DNA of 62,539 bases, filler included, from Platydemus manokwari (Eukaryota), in assembly GCA_037951405.1 (NCBI GenBank). It is 6 parts of 6 records of this genome, joined end to end, with 100 filler letters (N's around TTAATTAATTAA, not from the genome) between each part and the next. Parts side by side here need not be neighbours in the genome. Positions count along the whole stretch, not along the records: positions 20,366 to 31,025 come from JBBMOY011115552.1; positions 31,126 to 41,402 come from JBBMOY011149882.1; positions 41,503 to 52,563 come from JBBMOY010939973.1; 3 more parts are not named here. One strand, 5' to 3'. The notes beneath the pieces were generated by a model. It did no database searches, was not told the origin of the DNA, and saw only the letters and a list, made by a program, of their open reading frames with translations. Position 1 is the stretch's first letter; every line of letters starts with the position of its first letter. A program made the translations under genes and the position numbers. Below are positions 28,601-42,988 of the stretch, one piece after another.

Positions 28601-30963
28601 TGTACATTTGTTGAATTAATCGATAAGAACCAACATAATCATTGACAATAAACTTCGATCTAATTGTTCATCATTTTTAATGATTAAAGAAACAATTTAA
28701 TCTTTCATCATCACTTATTCAATGGTCACGATTCATTGTTGTTGTTTTTTTGTTGTGGTTTTTTCTTTTTTTTTGAAAATTGTCTTGCACAAGAAATTAC
28801 AATGATCGATGAATGGATTTGCAATAAAAACAATTCTTATTTCATTACAATTTACAACACACAATTTTTGCTGAATTTGGAATTGTAATTGTGTCATTTG
28901 TATACACTTGATTTTTTTTGTTTTTACATTTGAACATTTGGAATATGATTAAAATTTAATTTGTTATCAAGTGATTTATTGTTATTCAAGCCAAAAACGA
29001 TCAATTAATTTAGTTGTTAATAAGTTTGTCAGATCGTTTATGAGGTCGTTCACAATGTCAATTTCGATATTTTCTAATAAAATTGAAATTCTGAGAATTA
29101 TTTTTTTTTTATTTTAAGAACTACTTGGTTCCATTTTCAGTGATTTCCAAAATTATAGAACTATTTACAAATTCTTTCTTTAATTTTTTTTTCTTTATTC
29201 TATCAATAATTTGTATTAATAATATTCAGTTCATCTACGATATATTCATTATTCAATGTTAATATCTACTGTTCATAGTACTTTTATTATCATTCTCTTC
29301 ATATACTGATATCGTCTTCTGACTATAAAACGCAACAACCCAATTTTGAATCAATCTTCCAAAGTACATCTTATATAATTTATTTTTTTTTACTTTTTCC
29401 TACACTTTTACCACAAAATATGATTTTCATATCTGAAAAAATGCTTTCAAATCATTAATTTAAATATTTATAATTATTTTATAACTTTTGTTATAGAAAC
29501 TTGTTGATCATTATAACAATCTTTCTTCTGGAATGGCCATTATGTCAGCTCTGCAAGTGGAATGTATTCACAGACTGAAACACACTTGGAACAATATTTC
29601 CAATAAAGATAAAACCACTTTCCGTCGAATGGAAGAATTGTTTTCCAGTGAAAACAATTATGAAAAATTACGAGTTCACATTGATTTTCTTAAATTGCCA
29701 TGTATACCATATTTAGGTAGGTGATAGAAAATCATTTATCCATTTTATTAAATAATCATTTATCATTTCTATTTGATCTATCACTATTATCAATATAATA
29801 TATTGTCAAATTTATTTATCAAATTCCAAAATGGCATTGGTATCTCACAGAACTTATCATTGTCAATCACATTTATTGCGATTTACATCACAATAAACAA
29901 TGGTTATCAATTTTTTTTGCTCTAAACAATCATCATTGGATATTTGAATAATTATCATGACTTGATAACATTTCTGTGAATAATATCATTTTATGATATT
30001 ATTTTCCCCATATTTTTTTTATTTGACTTTTAAAGAATATCATTTATATCAATGTTGACTTTAACTTCCAATTAATGATTGGTAAACACAATTGAAATGA
30101 AATTATTGGTTTTTGATCAAATATAATGAGTGATTTTGTTTGGTAAACAAAATGATGAATATCGATAAATATCTTGGTTCGAATTTCTTCACGTTTTCTC
30201 CCAACAGGTCTCTATCTGACGGATTTAACATATATTAATGTTGCCCATTCAAAACTCAGTGAATTTGAATCACAAACCAAAACTGATCAGATCAATAATA
30301 TTCTCCGAACAGTGTCAGAATTTCAACAATCAGAATATGGTATATATATAAATATATACGTTCAATTGAAGCCATTGATATATGATTGATTTCAAGATAT
30401 AGATCAAAATCTTGCACTATATCGCTATCTCGAAAGTCAGAGATATATTGAAGAACTGCAGAAAATCATTGAAGAAAACAATTATCGAACATCGGTATTC
30501 CTTGAACCGAATTCCACAGAATCCACCGTCACAACATCACGACAACAATCAGATTATCCAACCACTAATTCTCTCAGTCCACAAAAAACACCACCATCAT
30601 ATGCATGCAAACATCCATCCAGTAAAAAATGTTTTCTTGGAAACAATCAATTGTGTTTGACATTGTTGTTATTTATTAGATACGGGATATTTACAATCAC
30701 CTATTTCTCCAAAACCCATGGCATCATCGACTCTGTTGAATGAATCCATCAAGGAAGTGTCGGAACAATTACCGAATTTAATTGTCAAACCAGATAACAA
30801 ATCAATATCAGTTGATGATGCAACATGTCATGATAATAATAACGATGATTTGGAATTATCACATATCATTACTAATCAACAATCAATTATGGGTACAACT
30901 AACCAAGATATACTACTCAAGGGTCAAGCTTCCGGAACATTAAAAATATCAGATAGTTATATG
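25674..30963 (+). CDS. RALGPS: RalGPS-like Ras-family GEF (CDC25 domain), 3'-truncated at the contig end
   Basis: In-frame exons 25674-26138, 26205-26726, 26778-26828, 27985-28158, 29497-29716, 30208-30339, 30397-30621 and 30680-30963. Motifs 'AGQITFIELSFFKAI', 'APAIVASTRWFNQLNFW', 'KDKTTF', 'PCIPYLGLYLTDLTYI', 'NNILRTVSEFQQSEY' and 'YIEELQKIIEENNY' match RalGPS. The PH domain is not reached. The start codon is uncertain because there is an acceptor at 25657. Confidence 0.9.
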
Positions 30964-31025
30964 GTGAGAAATATATATATATTTTTTGTTATAACTATCA
31001 AATCATTATGATAATAATAATTTAT

Positions 31026-31125
31026 NNNNNNNNNNNNNNNNNNNNNNNNNNNNNNNNNNNNNNNNNNNNTTAATTAATTAANNNNNNNNNNNNNNNNNNN
31101 NNNNNNNNNNNNNNNNNNNNNNNNN
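31026..31125. other. Artificial contig-joining spacer
   Basis: N44-TTAATTAATTAA-N44. Confidence 0.97.
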
Positions 31126-31196
31126 CTATGCAAAATGTACTTTAAATAAATAAATATTTTTCAAAAAAAACCGAAATTTTAAGGTTATACACCTAA

Positions 31197-31198
<2 letters not shown>
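31126..31198 (+). mobile_element. Mariner-like element end (probably 3' TIR), cut by the contig start
   Basis: AAAAAAAACCGAAATTTTAAGGTTATACACCTAA-TA shares its TIR with 20415-20441 (one mismatch) and abuts a TAT repeat. Confidence 0.7.

Positions 31199-31245
<47 letters not shown>
31197..31245. repeat. (TAT)n microsatellite
   Basis: About 16 perfect units directly after the mariner end. Confidence 0.95.
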
Positions 31246-32220
31246 TTTCTAATTTATTACAGATAGAAGTATAATTTTCATTAACATTTTTATTGAAATA
31301 TATGTTCCCAAAGTGTGAAATTTTTGATAGTTTTTCTCATATATGAACAGTGTTAAAATTCAGTTAAAAATCTCAGGAAAAGTAAAGAAATATTTATTAT
31401 TTCACTTTTGAATATTTTTGCATACTCAATTATTTAAGATGATCACATATTACCCAACAAAAAAATTAATTTCATTTAATTGATCAGTAATTTGAAAATC
31501 AATAAGAAAATCAATAATAATAATATTTAATAAATTTATCAATCGATAAAAATTATAGCAAAATGGTATTATATATGAGAGATGGCAAGGTAAAAATTTG
31601 ACTGTAGATTTCAATAAAATTTATATATAAACTTAGAATCGATAATTATATAATTATATAATTATATTTGAAAATATATAAATTATTTTATGATATTTCA
31701 AAGAAGACATGGGGCTTAAGTAATGTTTCTAAAATGGGTTAAATATTAAAAGAAAACATTTTAAAAACATTTAATTCTATCGCAAAAGAATATGTTGTGG
31801 TAAAGGTTATGAGAGTTGCTGATTGAGCTACTGACAATTTCAATAGTGAGCATCCAATCACTGATTTCATAATTCTTTCCACTCATTGATATCGGAAATA
31901 ACTGTGATCGAACATTCAACAATTCTCTAAATTATGTATTCGAACTCAGCTTTTATGTCAATCCACTTATCCATGAGAAAATGTTATTTATTCCATATCC
32001 CATGGTTTTAACTCTGATGTTTGGAAAGTTGTCACTGATAATAATAAAGAGTTCCTAGATGCGCAAAGGATAAACAAATAATTAATCTAGCAAGACACAA
32101 AATTTCTAAATGATTCAATGAAAAATATCTTGGATATCTGGCAATGTTGAGAAGTCATATCCTCATTTGTATTTACCAAAATATTCCATCATTTATCTAA
32201 TCGTTTTCAATTGTTTTCAG

Positions 32221-35200
32221 ATTATTTCCAAGACCAATCCTACCATAATCCATCAGTTAAAAAATTTCTAAGAGTAAACTCTTTCGACAAATCGATTTAT
32301 AATATTAACCAATCTATTATTCAGTTCTGGAATAATACTGTTGTTGATAAAAGGGGTCGCAGGTTTCTCAATCCGGATGTTTTTAGTAAAGGTTAGTTGA
32401 ACGATTTCCACGAGTGATTATTTGTTATCATTTTAGATAATTTTGAAGTGTCACCACTGGATAATTTGAGCCAAATTTTTACCATCAATGAGGAGTTGAC
32501 TATTTATGATAAAGAAGGCCAGAGAATTCAATTGGTTGCAACTATCATCAGAAATCTGGCTTTTGATAGTTCTAATGGACGAATTTTGACTCAGGAGCAT
32601 CAGTGTATTCGATTTATTCTCCTATGTTGTTACGCTTCTCATTTTGCCTTGCACCAGCTAGGACTGGAGATTCTTTCAATGCTAAAATTTCCCGTCTGTG
32701 GAATTTTATTGGATACATTTACGCATCTTCTTGTTGATCTCATTAGAAGTGAGGATAGGGTCGATAGATTAAGGGGTATGTAATAAACTTTATTATTATA
32801 ATTTTTTAATTGAAAAATTTTCTTGAAAAATAAATATAAAATCGATAATCTTTAAAAATGATGACTAAATGGCTTTCATTGAGTGGAACATCGAATAAGT
32901 AAACTATTGCACACAAGTTAATCAGATTGATTCAGATTTTGTAAAATCAATAAACTTAAAACGAAATAGGTGTTTAATCAATTGATGAAACAAGTTCTAT
33001 TTGCGTTGATGTTTTATGGAGAAAATACTTAATAAAAGATTTTCTCTGAAACTTGGATAGAAAATGAAGTGTTTTGTAATTTATTTTAATAGAAATGAAT
33101 TTTTATTGACATAATTATGGTATCATACACCGTCAATATCAATTCTACTATTATGGTTCGATGTTGTTCGAATTTTCAATGAATAACCAATCCAACTGTA
33201 CTTGTCAGCCAGTCATTGATAAAAGCTATATATATGAGGCACCTGAGTCTTAACAATAATAAAGAATCTTTAAGAAAAATTAGTAAATTCTTTTGACGAT
33301 AACAACCTCGGAATATTTGAATTTGTAGCTCAGAAGAAATGAATATGATATTCAAAAATAAACTTGCTCTTTTAATCTTGCCCTAATGATTCTCATTCAG
33401 TGAGAAATATTTCGTGTACGCAAAAAAATATTGAAAAATATTGATTGGTCGAATTTGGTGATCATCATTGTCACAACTGAAACGAAAAGATACATGTTTT
33501 AAATTCTACACCGTTCAATAGGTTTATTAATTTTACCTCCATGGACCATTGAATACGAAATCTCACAGTCAGAATAGTTAGTGTGAAAAGATTAGATCAA
33601 TAAAGTTGAAGTTCCAAATCAGACTAAAGAGAGAATTCATCGATTCACAAACTGTCATCCGAAGAAATATTAAGACCTGGTAGTTGTCAGATCTTGTGAT
33701 AACCGTTTGTTTAGTTGTAACTCTTTTCACGGTGTCATGGGAATAGCATAATTTGCTTGAAACCTCTCAAACTACATTCATCTTTATTTTCCAATATTCT
33801 CTGAAAAAAATGTTTGAAATATGTCATTCAGATCTCTATTATTATTATTATTTCATTCATAATTTTCTAAGAGTACTATTAAGTGGAAATGCCTACTCAA
33901 AGATTATCTATCTACTTATAACATACTACTATTTCTATTAGTATAAAGAAATCTCAATTTTTTGAATGACATACATAGCTGCCGACATTTCAGACCATTA
34001 TTTATTCTTCATAATATTCAATAATTTATTATATTCATTAATTCTCAGTTCTATTTAGTCCCATTCGTCATATTGTTTGATTATTTGAAAGAATTTATTA
34101 TTATTATTATTATAGATTATAGAGTTGCCATATTTTTTGTTTTAATTTTCATTAAAATTATCTTACAATCTATATCGTAAATGCGTTGGTATTTTGAATT
34201 CGATAAATAGGTGGAAAAAATTTGTAAGACAAAATCGTATTCTTTCTAGCCTTCGCTTATTCATATTTCGACTTCTACAAATTCCTCGATTCCATTGGCC
34301 GGCCTATTTTAAGGTTACAAAATATGTTTCCATGGAAAATATCTGGAAATTATAAATTTCCTACTGCTAAGTTAAATATATTCTTTGAACAAATGACAAC
34401 AATCCGTCGAGCGGCGTAATCAAATTAACTGGTGTTCTAAAACTAATATAATCCAGTGGATGGCTCAACTTTCATAGCCAAATGAGTATTGGTTCTGACT
34501 CACGCAGTTACGGAAACCATCAAATCTATAAACTGTAATTGTAAAACATATTTTGGAATTCGGACTATCGTTTGAATCCATAATTTGATTTTCGAATTTG
34601 CGTTAATTTTATTCACAATTGCATTTTTGGATCCGCAATAATCAAGATTAGTTCAGAACGAAAATTTTCTTTAGTAAAAACGAGCAAATTTTATTTGTAA
34701 CCGACTTCAATGTTAATGAGTGGAAACAAATGATTTTTTACTTTTAGTGAAAATAGTCCGGATAAATTGAAATAATTTTATAAATTTTTGAATGTCGGAT
34801 CACAAGTGGTTTAATGATATTTTTAATTTTGAAAGCGACAATGAATTCATTGAAGTTAATCTTAATAGACTAATGTTTACTTGGGATTGTCGGGTATATT
34901 TGACGGAAACATTGATATACTTGTTTATTGATGTCTACTAAACGTACCTTGCATTAGTAATGCCTCGCAATACATTCAAGTTGCAATGAGAAATTTTAAA
35001 AATTATAAATCATTTTTCAATTTTATTCTCGCACAGTGTCAATTGAATTTATTCGCTAATCAATATCTCTATTTGTTCAACTACCTCTAAGTATTATTTT
35101 CTATCAAGGAAAAGTTATTTAATTGTTAACGTATAAGGTTATGTTGTTCTCAATCCAAATTATAAATCCAACGAATGGCAGTGAGTTCGAGTCCAGTGTT

Positions 35201-38200
35201 TAGTTATTTTATCAATTATAAGATAGATTTGAGGTTATAGTCAAAATGATGAACAAAAACCATAATTAAACCAACATATCAGTGGACGGCTTGTTTAAAT
35301 TTAGCACTTACAAATAATATTAGAAGAGAGGAAAATTGAATGATTCTGGATAAAAATCCCTTTATTGATTTCATATTTTACACAGAATTTTTCACTCGAA
35401 ATAATATCACTTAGTGAACATAAAGTACGCTTTTGAAAACAGACTGACAAAGCATTAAAAATAACCATTTATATTGGTGGATAAATAGGAGTATTTATTA
35501 GGAAAACGATTTATTATAGTCTAAAAATTATTCTTGAAGCTATATATATAATCAATAGGAATACAAATAAATATTCTCAAGAAATAAGAAATCGATAAAC
35601 AAATTATTTTATTGTATAGAATAGAAAAAATAAAATTGATATAAAAAATTAACTGCTAAGCAAGTTTAGAAAAACAATAGAAAGAAGTCAAAAGAATTTA
35701 ATCAACTGACATTTCACGAATCAAAATCTCACAATGGAATTAATATTAAAAGTTTTCTTTCTGAAAACCGGAATTACTTTTCATTATGTTGACTTTGAAA
35801 CTGCTTCATAAAAATTATTCTAAAAAGATCTCAGTACTAAATAACAATGTATACGTCCAGAAAATTTACCTTTCATCAAAAATAATGATTAATAATTCAT
35901 GTAATTGTTTTTTGATTATTATCAGATATAATTCCAGTAGGCACAAATAATAATAACATTTTGAGTGTGATATTATGAATAGTCGATATCAAATCTAATC
36001 GCAGTTATTGTGTGGACTATACTATTTTATAAAGCACGAATTGAAAACGAACTGAAAAATTACAACATCAAATTTTATTTTAATCACCATTATTATCACC
36101 GAAGTAATATTTGGTAAAAATAGGATTTAAAATTTTTTCAATTCATTATAAATTCTCAATATTATTTGAGATTTAATAAATTAATTAAAATTTATAATAT
36201 TTATCGTTTGAAGATTTAAGAATTATTATAGCATATATTAGATCGATGAAATTCTTAAATTTGTATTCAATACAAAATTCTAATGAAATACCAGCCGCTT
36301 GATCGATATCAATAATGATTTAATTATTAATTCAATAATATTTTATTCTGTCTTGTTGGTAAAACCCTTAAACATAAAATCTAAAAATCTTCTATACAAA
36401 TCAAATATTAAATGGAATTTCCCATCTTTGTCAGTTGTTTTAATTTTCCTAACATTTTCCAATTTTTTCCAGTAACTCACAAGAAGATGATGAATTGTTT
36501 ACAAATTTCTTCATTTGCATGTTGTTTTGCTTTTCAAGTAAACTCGGTGCTTGCTAGAGCTTTAATAAAATAGATCGACATTTTTATAGATCTTTAAATA
36601 ATGGTACTTAGGATCAGAGATCCCTTTCAATTTACAAGGAAAAGGGAATTATGTAAATTCAGAGAAATATAAACAGTTTATTGAATTTGCTTAAGATTCC
36701 ACTCTATAAACGGAATTTAAATGCCCGCTTTTAAAAAGACTTCAAAGGCATTTAGAGAAATTAAATCAGAATCATTTTTCGTTTAAATTCCTTTTATAAG
36801 AAAAATGATTCTGAAAATTTATGATTGGTAATCGCTAAATATATTTATTCTACCCATCATAAAACAACACCGATTGCATATGTTTCTTCTATTACAACCA
36901 ACCGTGTACTTAAATAATGATATTCGCTGAACGGGTTCAGTGGAAAAATAATTTGAAAAATAATAAAACTCATGGAGATAATTTTTTCCGATATTATTTA
37001 ATTTTATCACAACCACAATTTTGCGTGTTAATCCTTTTCTACAGATTAAAAGAAATACCGATTAGATTGAAATACACATAATTCCTTTCATGATTTCAAT
37101 CAATATTTCTCCTAAAGCCAACAAAATTTGACAGAGAAATTTTGAAAGATAAAGATATTCTAAATTATCAAAGAATTATAATGATTATGAAAAAAATATT
37201 TTTTTCTTTATTGATTTCCTTCTGTATAAAATTGGCTTTGTCTTTTTCAAAATAATTTATCTCTTTACCCAGAATCATTTATCATCTAAATTCTATTATA
37301 ATAATAGTTATTGTTGGAGAAATTTTGCTTTAAAATGGCCACGTTTATGAGTGATTCCTATTAATAATAAGCAGTCGATCAGACCTGTCAGATATTTAAA
37401 AATCAGCTTTAATTTTTTTTACATTAACCACTTCCACGGCTCAAGCTATCTTTAATCTTGATTTCTTTGTTTCATTAATGGTTTTGATTCATCTAATGAT
37501 TTTCAGTAAGTATTTATAGATAAGTTCTGACAAAGTTCAAATCGCGAAACCATTTGTTTCTAACTAGAAACACTCCTAAAGTCGTACCTTGAAAATCAAT
37601 AATATCAAAATAAAAGATTGAAAATCGTAAAAACTTCAAAAACATCTTTAAATATTTAGGAATTAAATTTCAATACGGAATCCAGAAAAGTGTTTTTCTC
37701 CTACTGTCACTCCTAGACCCTCATTTTAAATAACCGTTATTTATATCTCATCATTTTGCTTGGAAAAGCTGAAATATTTCTCTCGACAGTTATTTTTTAA
37801 GTGGTTTATTTGTATTAATGATAAGAGAAGTATTGATAATAATTCTGTTTCTAAAACTACTTATAGTGAAAAAATTTTCTGATCTATTTCTAATTCCAAT
37901 AATAGTATTGAATTTTTTTTGGAAGATTTTTTAAACCTGAAAAAGTTCAAATTCTGACAAATAATTTCGAACAATTGTATAAATCCTGGTATTAATCATG
38001 AATTTATTGCACAATCGATTTAATTGTTTATTTCATAGAATTTGCAGAATACCAGTTATTTAATAAATGTACCGAATTTCAAATAAAATATTGTCTTGTC
38101 ATGGTAATTTTTTGTGTAAATAACCTCTGAAACGATTGCACAGATATCAAATTAAATATGATTATTTTCTACTTATTATTATAAGTAGATAATACGGTTG

Positions 38201-39180
38201 TATAAAATAAACTGAATTTTTAAATTAATATAACATTACGATTTTGTATGCTAAAAGAATGCTTTGCGCAGGTAATTTTGTGAGAGATTATAAGTAGTAT
38301 TGAAATAGTTTCGTCAATAAAGCTTTAAATTTATTTTATTTTTTCATCAAACTATAACTACTTGTGAGATTGTCCTATAAACTTTTGTGGATGAGTTTTA
38401 GCTCATTAATTTGCATTTTAACTTTGATGATGCATATAAGTAAGGAAATCTCACATAAATAAGTGTGCATATGGATTACAGTGACAGAGGATGAAATTAA
38501 CGATTTAATTGATATATTATTTACAGTTCTTATGATTATTGTTTGATATTTTAATTATTTGAAGAACATTAAATCATCCATTTATACTTCCAGGCCTTGA
38601 ATTGATATCTCGTCTATGTGACCAGACAGTATGCACTGAGAACATTGATTTCTTTACCAGTCTTCCAAAATCCTTTTTTACTTCTTTAATTTCAACCCTT
38701 ATAGTCCACGATTTACATTTACTTGTTCTCGCCTTAGAAGCTGTGTATGGTTTGTCAGAGATCGATCCGATTTTATGCTGCAAGTAAATATTTAATAATC
38801 GAATAAATATTTTTTTAATCAATGTTTTTTTTCATGATAGATTGATTGATTACTCATCAGAAACATTGATCACATTGTATACTCTTTTGAGTCTTGAAGC
38901 CCAAGTTATGGGTACTCAAAGTTTAATTCGAATCAGAGTTATGCAAGGTCCTAGTGTGATTGCAGCAACATCAAACAACTCCATCAGTCATATCCGCTCC
39001 AATTCGTCTGTGCCGCATCAAAATCAAAAACAATTAGCTACTTCATTGATGCCTCCTCCACCGGTTCCACTTCACAAGGTACCCATATCAGCAATGCCAG
39101 TTTCACATGCCACAAATATTAAAACTCAAAATTACACCACTACTGACATGGTAACTTCGGTGAAATCTTCCCCAAATCAA
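32221..39180 (+). CDS. ARID2: ARID2/BAF200 (PBAF subunit), internal exons of the ARM-like region
   Basis: In-frame exons 32221-32391, 32437-32775, 38594-38783 and 38841-39180 (5.8-kb middle intron). Motifs 'QFWNNTVVD', 'DKEGQRIQLVATIIRNLAF', 'CIRFILLCCYASHFALHQLGLEIL', 'SEDRVDRLRGLELISRLC', 'DLHLLVLALEAVYGLSE' and 'LLSLEAQVMG' parallel ARID2. The 5' and 3' exons are absent. Confidence 0.88.
34590..35000 (+). mobile_element. Possible heavily decayed hAT-type transposase C-terminus in the ARID2 intron
   Basis: Fragments 'TIAFLDPQ' and 'LAIHSSCNEKF' occur in the order and rough spacing of hAT 'A.FLDPR' and 'LAIPASS..SER.FS'. Many stops. Confidence 0.25.
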
Positions 39181-41402
39181 GTTATTCTTTAATTGATTTT
39201 TAATTTAGTTATATACAATATTAACAATTGATCGATTTAAAATTATAATTCTTGATCTTGAAATCGATATCTGATCATATTTTACATTTATCAATTGATT
39301 AAAGTTACATTGTTTATCGAAATGATATTTCTAGAATTAAATCAATACAGAAGCACCGGCAAAGATCAAAAATAAATAAACAAATACCTAATTTCCATAT
39401 TAAAAATGATAGAAATGAATTTTTACCAATCAAAAATGACATTCATTTGTCCATATAAATTTACATGACTTCAAACAAGCATTTTTGAGATGAAAATAAA
39501 TATATATCAGGAATTGCATATTGGTCGATGACTATCTGTGAGTCAGCACTAATAAAACAAGTGATTTTAATAATAATTGGTAATATTCTATACAAATAAA
39601 TAAATAATAGGAATAAGTTTATAAAAAATTAAAATTTAAAATTAAACCATGAACAAGATTGTTTAAAAATTAATTTCGAACAGAGAATATTAGATCGGCT
39701 TTGACTTTTTAAAAACTTGTCTAAGTCTGACCTTACTTTAAAATTAACCAATAAATTTTTTTGATTGTCTGATATTTGATTTAAATTTATTGGGTTGAAA
39801 TAATGCTGAGCGTTTCTTTAAATTTTAATGGTATTATAATTAAAATTATATTGATTATCTACTGACTACTTTTCACACTTTAAATAGAGATTCAATAAAA
39901 TGTAGTTAATTAATTTAAATATACAGTAGAATTACAGTTAAAATTGATCTTTTTTTACTCTTAAATTATTTGATTCAGTTAGTTATTTGTTTATTTATGA
40001 TCACTTGTACTTAATAAATGCTTTCTACATTGAGCCTTGCATATCTAGCAACTATTCGAGGAATAGGTTAATTAGTGAAGAATTATCAATCTCAAAACTG
40101 TAATCAATCATGTATTAACGTAAAACGAATTTTTATACCTGGTTATATAAATAATAAACCGAGAAAAGTAATTTAATTTAATTTTAATAATTTTAAAAAT
40201 ATTATCAAAACAAAATATTTTTTATCATTATTATTTTAATTTAAAAAATTTTAAAATAAATTTCAGAAAATCAATAGTATTTTCAAATTAATTTCAAAAT
40301 ATTTTATCCGTTCAGATAAGCCTTCTAAGACGGCACAAAGCAGAATATATTCGGACATCTTTAATCAAAATTCTAGATGTGCAAATTTATTTTTAGATTT
40401 ACACAGAAGCTATAGTTAAATGCAGTTGATTTTAAATTTAAGAGCAATAATACTAATTTATAATTTTTAAATAATTTTTTTACATTTTCTTTTCAATTTC
40501 TTATTGTTGTATTAATATTACAACTCGATAAATTAATACTGATAATTATCAGTAGTACATTAGATGAACATGTTAGTTTTAATATTAAATATTTCCATTA
40601 AACGTAATAATCACACAATCCAGCAATATATTAAATAACATTATACAAGCAATGTGTTCAATAAATAATTTTACAAATAAGAGATTACTTATGAACAATG
40701 GCGACATATCATAATAATAGAAAATTAACATGTATATTATAAATTAGTTATTGATTAAAATTTAAATACTTATTAAATCGATAATTGCATAGTAATTTGA
40801 CAAATATATTTAATGCCTCTCAGATCTCACAAATTGGAAATTATATGTGTATAAATAAGTTTTTCCTTTCTAACAATAAACGCATTTAACGAACAGTTTT
40901 GTCTTCTGAATGATACTAGTGGACTATCTTAAGAGTAGATCTAATCACAATTTTTTGTTTTCAAATAAAATCCATCGAATCTCAAGAAATATTACTTGTG
41001 AAAGTTACTTATGCAATATTTGTTTTGGAAAATATTATGTGTAAATTCGGTAATGGGTTCTTGAATTTGTCCATATTATTTTGATATAGACATTGTTGAA
41101 GAATAAATACATTGCTTTATTTTTAACCTATAATGAAAATAGTTTGTCGCAAATGTGTTATCATTTCGGATAAAAATATTGAATTTGTAAATTATTTTAA
41201 TGTTTTAAATATTATTTAAGATTCATTATGTTTTTGTTATACACAACTAGTTAATTAATCTTGATAATAACATATTATGATAAATGTTAAGATTAATGAT
41301 GTTTAAAGGTTGTTAAAGAAATTATATTAATAATGATTATTTTCAGTTCAAATTATTTTACAAGACTGAATATTTTTGAGAAATATAATTGATGGGATTT
41401 TT

Positions 41403-41502
41403 NNNNNNNNNNNNNNNNNNNNNNNNNNNNNNNNNNNNNNNNNNNNTTAATTAATTAANNNNNNNNNNNNNNNNNNNNNNNNNNNNNNNNNNNNNNNNNN
41501 NN
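41403..41502. other. Artificial contig-joining spacer
   Basis: N44-TTAATTAATTAA-N44. Confidence 0.97.
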
Positions 41503-41575
<73 letters not shown>

Positions 41576-41600
41576 CAATAAAAACAATAATAATAATAAC
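41503..41600. repeat. (AAT)n microsatellite, degenerate at its right end
   Basis: About 22 perfect AAT units from the contig start, followed by variant units. Confidence 0.95.
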
Positions 41601-42365
41601 AAATATAAGCATAACAATAATAATAATTATTATATTGTGTTATTTTTATCAGTTAAACTTACAAATCAGTTTTGCATCCGTCACTAACATTACCAACAAT
41701 ACAGCTTTAAATAATTCAACACAAATTATTTTAAATATATCATTTCAACATCCATCGTGCTTAACCGCATTGATTATTAACTCTCAATTATCTTTCAAAT
41801 TTATGCAATATTTCAAAGCTAATAAAATATTATTTAGCTCCAATGATATTATCTTTTAGAAATCTACTTTATTGATCTCAATCAACAAATGGAATGTCGT
41901 GATCCTCTAATAACAAATTAGTACAAGCCTGTTTTTTTAAAAAAACGAGTGAGTATAGCAACGTATGGTCAGCAATAGTAAATGAAGCGAACATTATCTT
42001 CAAATGGTAAGGCGATCATCTCGGTAAGGCGAACAATATTAAAGGTGAGATAAATGTTGAAACAAATAAAAATATCATATCAAACTAAAAATCAATCGAG
42101 GGAGAGAGTATATTCCACAAGGATCTAATATCATCCTATTAAAGATAGAACTTAATCCCTTATCAAACTATAAACTTTATTGATTGCCATAAACAAAATG
42201 ATCAATAAAAATCCATTAATAATCACAAAAACAATAATATTGGAAATAAAATCCAAGTTATTCATAGATAATATTAATAATATCGATTAAAACAAAAAAT
42301 AGAGAAAAAAAATATTATAAACTGATGCTGTATGATTATGGTTATTAAATAATCCTGTGGATAAC

Positions 42366-42988
42366 CTTATCCTCATTACTGTCATCATTTCCCATCTCCA
42401 ACAGAGTATATTTGCCTTTCGCAGCTTTGAAATTGTCTCTATTTGCCCATTCGTTCTTTGTCTTATCCTTGAACTTTTTATTGAATTCCTTTTCACCAGC
42501 TAATTTCGTATTGAATGGTCCAAGTTTCAAACTCTGACCAGATTCTCCCTACACATATTATGTATATATCTATTCCTAAATATCAATATCGTCACATACA
42601 ACTCGTCCCCATCGAGTCCACACGTAATAATTACCACCGTGTAAAATCATTTGTAAAACATAATATTTATTATTGTTACCATCGATATTCGTTTGATTTA
42701 ACATACAATCGAAATCGTCTACGACCTGGTTAAATATTATTCCAATTCGTCAATATATATTTTTCAAATAACCTGTCCACCATTAAATATAAAACCAGAT
42801 CCTTTATCTATTGTGTGAACTTTCTTTCTAAAAGACGGACCTTTAGTTAAAGCTAAAATAGACCGAAAAGGATTACTTAAAATATACTCCTAATATAAAC
42901 CTGTTTTAATATTTTCGATTTCGGTTTTAATTTTTTTCGCTTTCGGTTCCTTTTTCGCTTTAGCGACAGCTTTTCGTTTAGGAGGCAT
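42366..42988 (-). CDS. PARP3: PARP3-like ADP-ribosyltransferase, 5' exons (basic N-terminus + WGR domain), truncated
   Basis: Exons 42988-42901, 42852-42773, 42725-42600 and 42548-42366 join in frame: MPPKRKAVAKAKKEPK...VVDDFDCMLNQTNIDGNNNKYYVLQM...YYVWTRWGRVGESGQ...KEFNKKFKDKTKNEWANRDNFKAAKGKYTLLEM. A short N-terminus directly before WGR is the PARP3 architecture. The catalytic domain is not seen. Confidence 0.88.
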
